Shown one piece after another: positions 59,313 through 64,000 of a DNA stretch of 64,000 bases (the first letter of the stretch is position 1; every line of letters starts with the position of its first letter). The stretch lies in the NCBI GenBank assembly GCA_905178155.1, contig CAJINV010000014.1, positions 1,026,116-1,090,115 of the forward strand, in the 5' to 3' direction. Source of the stretch: Amoebophrya sp. A120 (lineage: Eukaryota; Protista; Dinoflagellata). A program made the translations under genes and the position numbers. The notes beneath the pieces are model-generated. The model saw only the letters and a program-made list of their open reading frames with translations. It did not search any database and had not been told where the DNA came from.

Positions 59313-61745
59313 ACGTATATATTCGCATCCCAAGGTTGTTCCCCAGTACATTATCCCGCGCAGAAAAGATCAAAAGCCTAGTGCTGAGAAAAGTACGGCC
59401 TCGTGGTGCCGCCCGATGCGGTTGCGAGACAAGCAGATAGAACAAGAAGAGATTTTGTGTTCTTCTTGATCTTCGTGACCCCCGTGTTCTGTGAGCCGCA
59501 GGACACGCCACAGGATCAACTTTCGAGGTTCCCCCTGGAGGATCAAGAACGGATGCTAGCAGATAGGATTTTGCTACAGTTCCCTGGGTGGCCGTCTCTG
59601 CACCTGCAGCAAAAAAAGCATACGGACTTGACCTCAAACATGAAGATCTCGGGATTTCAATTTCCATTTCGGAGAATGATCAAGAGAGGAGCGTCGAGGG
59701 AGTTGACGTTCCAGGTCTACACATGGCTCACGAACCGCACCCACGCCATATGTGTAGACGGCCAGATTGTGCGACGGTGGTCGCCCCAGGTGGGTATGGG
59801 GCAGGGCCCCAGGATCCCACCCCTGCTGTGGTGCATTTTCTTGGGAGAGCCAATCGAAAAATTGGACCCGAGAGTAATCACCTTCCGGCCCGAAGTTTTC
59901 GCGGACGACGTCCTTTTGTTGTTCTCCTTCCCCGCCGGGGAGTTCACAGCGAAGAAAGCAGAGGCAGAGGCGTACTTGCTCAAGTGGCAAGCGGAAACCG
60001 GGCTGGTCTTCGGGAAGGTCGGCTGGCTCAAAGCCACCAGCGGATCTACATCGGAGAGCGAGATGATGGAGTATCTCGGCTTCCTGCTCCAGTCCTGCGG
60101 CAAAACGCTGAAGGAACTGGAGAAGAGGCAGGTGCGGATCGCATCCGCGGCGAAGAAGCGGGACGCGGTCGAGAACAGCGCACGGACCCCGAGCGAGGAC
60201 ATCCAGTACTGGAACGAGAAGTGCCGGTCGCAATTGAGCTACGCAGCGGCGGCGCTGTTCCTTGGGGTCCAGGACAACGCCAAGGCGCTGGAGGACTTCA
60301 GGGGTGTTGTCGCAAGGGCGCTGAGGTCGGTACTGGGGCTATCAAACACATTTCCGTTTGCAGCGGCGTTCCGTTTGATCGGGATGGCGGACCCCGTGGA
60401 GATTTTGAAGGTCGAGCAAGAAGCCATGGAATTTTATCTCCAGGGCAGTTTCGGAGAATTCAAGGTTTCACGGGGTGAGATCTACGCTCTACCGGAATGG
60501 TACGATGAAGAGCGGATTGAGGTGGTGGACGCGGCCCAAGCCTACAAGGACTTCGGGTTGCAGCACGGACAAGAGGAGAAGCTTGCAGAAGAAATGAGCA
60601 AGAAGTTCGACGCCGGTAACTGCCCGCAAAACACTCTGCGGGCAAGCACAGACGGTGGAAAAGGGCCGGAAGGTGCTGCCCGGGAGACGCCGGACCACTT
60701 GATGCGGGCCTGCTGCTACATTGAGACGGACCAGGGTGGGGCTGCTAAGGTCTGGATGGTCTGGTCGGAATTGCTCGGCTACGACGCGGAGGTAATAGCG
60801 CTGACACAACTGCTAAAATGGCTGCTGGATGAGACCAGGAGCAGCCACACAACCATCCAGATATTCATAGACAACAGCATGGTCCTGCAGTCCCTCAATA
60901 ACCCCAAGAGCCGGGAGGAGGCGATGAAGAGGCTCCGGGAGCTGATCAACGACCTCCTGAAACAATTCCCAACCGTCAGCATCCTCATACATTGGGCGCC
61001 AGCACACCGCCGGTTCCGCCTCAACTGCATTGCGGACCTACTGTGTAAGCAGATGAACGGGTGTGAAGCGGAGCTGCCAGAAGTGCAGCCGATCAGTAAG
61101 ATGCGCCTCAAGTACCTTGTCAAGGAGGAGAGGAGGGCAAACCTGCAAAACCATGTAGGAGGACCAGTGGAAGAGAAGACCACGCTTTGCAGAGGGCAAA
61201 GAATAAAAGCACTGGGAAGAGTGCCGCTGGCGGGGCTCTCACCAGCACAGGAACGGGCGGCGATGTCCCTATGGACGGGAGAATCGTACTTGCCGAAATC
61301 CCTAGTCACGATCAATAACCGGGGATGGCCCTCCTGCCGGAAGTGCGGGCAGGAACTGAGGGTAAAGAAGCAGGATGCGGCAGGGACATGGGTGAAAGGT
61401 TTCCGCACGGGGGAGGAGGAAGACGTGAGGGGTTTCTGTAGGATAGTCGACCACCTCCTCATGGAGTGCGAGACAGTACAAGATGCCGCAGAGTTCAAGG
61501 GGCAAGATGTGGTGATGATGATAAAAAAGGGACCAAGAAAGCAGCTGAACAGACTGCTGCATGCAGCGGGACAAACTGGGGAAGCGATACCGGGGGACCA
61601 CTCCTGGCCGTACTGGCCACGGACGGAGAAGCCAAGTCAGGAGGTGGAGAAGAGAAGCATGCCAGCAGCCTGGGTGGAAACAGCGAGAAACGCCATCAAG
61701 AAACGAAGATTATCACAAGAACCAGCGGACGGGGAGGGGCAGTAG
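59313..61745 (+). mobile_element. Decayed non-LTR retrotransposon: RT, RNase H and CCHC zinc knuckle
   Basis: GMGQGPRIPPLLW, FADD and EYLG (RT); STDGG, AEVIAL, FIDN, HWAPAH and NCIAD (RNase H); CRKC...HLLMEC. N-terminal RT-like motifs (IIP..K, RPMRL, KKAY) are in other frames. Confidence 0.88.
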
Positions 61746-61837
61746 GGCTCGCCTGCAGCTCGCGCGTTTTCTCCTTCCTTTTCTAGGCATCGCGGAAAGT
61801 ATCTTCAAACTCCTGGAACGGGCGGTAACTTCATTTT

Positions 61838-62730
61838 CCTGGATCTTTACTAGAGGGAAAAAGTGAGCTTACTACCTAGCTCTAGGTACAGGTAGGTAGC
61901 AAATTTCTGGATCTTTGTAGAGGAAATACAGCAGCAGCAACAAGATCCGGGGTTTGTTTGTGTCCATCTCAAATGAACAAATTTTTGTTTTTGCTAAGAT
62001 CTTACTTTCACCTATCGACGTCGCAGGAGTAGCATCAAGATCCGGAAATAGTTTTTGTGTCCACCACTTTGTACATTTTACTTTGCAAAGCACATTCATG
62101 TACCAATGCTGTTGAGCACTCAAATGCTGCTCTCACCTGGATCTTTGCCGAGAAACAAGTGTGACAAGATCCGGAAATTGACTTTTCTCTTCTCTTCTGG
62201 ACAAGTTATAGAAAAGCAAGCGTGTGCGATTGCATTTAGCACGGTATGCGTTGAAAATGTTAGACGAAGTTCCTCCCAGTTTACGCCTATAAATTGTAGA
62301 TTTCCCTTCACGATCAAGGTAATTTTTGTTGCTTTCTCTTGTTTTTCCACCTTTTCACACAACTTTAAAGCACCAAGTCGATGGATTCTAGGCGTAAGCG
62401 GTCAGCATTGCACGAGAAGATCAAGAGGGTGCGCTTTTGCTTTTAGCACGGTACTCGTTGAAAATGTAGTCTATCTACAAGACCCGGAAGACCGACTTTG
62501 GGCACGGGTTGTTGCTCCATTTTTCTGGAACTTTGCAAGAGGTAAAAAGAGACCCTACTACCTAGCCATAGGAGCAGGAAGGTAGCACTTTTCTGGATCA
62601 TTGAAGAAGATCTACTACAGCAGCACCAAGATCCGGAATTTGTTTGAGTCAGCCACAATGTTATTTTTCTTCCCTCTTAGATCTTTCACGTATCTATTTT
62701 TCAGCAGCAGCAACAAGATCCGGAAATTGC
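61838..62730. repeat. Degenerate dispersed repeat with (C)AAGATCCGGAA and CTGGATCTTT cores
   Basis: AAGATCCGG near 61942, 62037, 62166, 62628 and 62715; CTGGATC near 61839, 61907, 62137 and 62593. Confidence 0.6.
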
Positions 62731-64000
62731 TTTCGTCTTTCACTTTGTACATTTTTCTTTGACATAATTACTCCTGTACCTATTCTGTTGCACACACACT
62801 ACCAAGGAAAAAACAAACAACGACCTACAAGAACGAAAAGCTTGAAGAAGAGAAGTTTTGAAGCGCGACCAGTAGCGCTTTTGAAGGTTTCTGCATGGTC
62901 GCGCCCTGTTTTCTGGCCACTAGTCGTGTATTTGTCTCGTTTTCGACAACGAACTTCCAAGACTGATAGTGTACAACGAGCAAGAACAGGAGTAGAGCAG
63001 ACACACCAGGTGGAGACACGCGCCCACCAGCGCAGGTGGGGCAGTAGAGGACTCGTACAGCGAGGCGAGTAATGTAAAAAAAAAAAATCAAGACCGCAAA
63101 AAAAAAAGAGAAAAAAAAGGAAAAGAAAGTAAAGCGATCTACAAAAAGAAAACCTGAGAAAAAAAAAACAGAACAGCGCGCGAACTCAGGACGTAAAGAC
63201 ACAGCGGAGAAAAAAAAACAACCAAAGCGCATGAGATAGCAACATAAAAGCGGCAACATCAATAAGAAATAAGACTAGAAAGCTCCCTGTGCAGGTTGAT
63301 CAAACAAAGCGCGATAAAACTTCGGTTAAGCACGGCGTTTGGAGGATTTCGCATACCTGCGAAGCGCTTGCGCTTTGCGGTCAGGCTCCGGCCAGTTGTC
63401 TTGTATTCCAGTCCGACACCTGGCAGCCACCGGAGGCGAAGGGGCTGCCGGGTGGTTGAGTCGGGGGTTAGGTCTCGTGCCATGGATGAGGAGGTAATGG
63501 CGCTTGATCTTGAATGCCAGCGGCAAGAGGAGACGTCAACGGCAAACTCCCCCCTGGTGGCCGGGCACTGCTAAAGCGGGCGGTGAAACGTCACTGGGGG
63601 TGTAGGAGTGGTTCTTACCACTACTACAGAATCATTTACCACTGAGCATTACACTACAGTATGTGAGAGGCTTTACCGCTCACCTTGAGAAGCGCGCGCG
63701 TCATTCAATTTCCATTTCGGATCGGGTGCCCTCGTCTGAGGCGGGCGTGCTTTTTCTGTCTGTGGCAGGCAAAAAAAAACCTGGCAGTTGCTGGTTTGTA
63801 CAAGAGTTTAGAGAAGGTCAACACACAGAAGAAGAAAAAGAAGATGAACTCGTGCAGATAGTAGATTTCCATTAACAATGTCTTCTTAACACCGGCAAGA
63901 AAGGCAAACACAAAGATTTACAACCCTTCACGGTGAGCTGCCAACATGAATATCCAAACCAAAGGTCACACTCGCAACTTCACAAGAACATCATGGCGCA

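Noticed and set aside
49141-59316. Canonical dinoflagellate spliced-leader gene
   Set aside because: The repeat does not match DCCGTAGCCATTTTGGCTCAAG; a leader role is kept only as a speculative alternative.

Overview
Eukaryotic, gene-dense DNA with every credible gene on the + strand. By architecture it is most likely a syndinian dinoflagellate such as Amoebophrya; that is an inference, not a database match. The dominant feature is a transposon-intron ('introner') system. I delimited 20 elements of 151-519 bp from several sequence families, plus one degenerate copy. Each starts with TA(T), ends with ATA, has terminal inverted repeats, is flanked by a 5-bp target-site duplication and lies inside coding sequence. 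Removing the element plus one TSD copy restores the reading frame, although most lack GT-AG ends and some are inserted in the opposite orientation. Splicing them out rebuilds two paralogous PAN/Apple secreted proteins (1.5-13.6 kb), a ~5,190-aa protein with 10 introners (17.4-35.6 kb) and an EF-hand-like gene. The window also holds a Cys-rich secreted protein, a duplicated temptin-like gene, two more PAN/Apple genes, sirtuin and LRR-like fragments, a long-TIR element, a decayed RT-RNase H non-LTR retrotransposon, and a mosaic of local duplications whose junctions share a ~65-bp hairpin motif.
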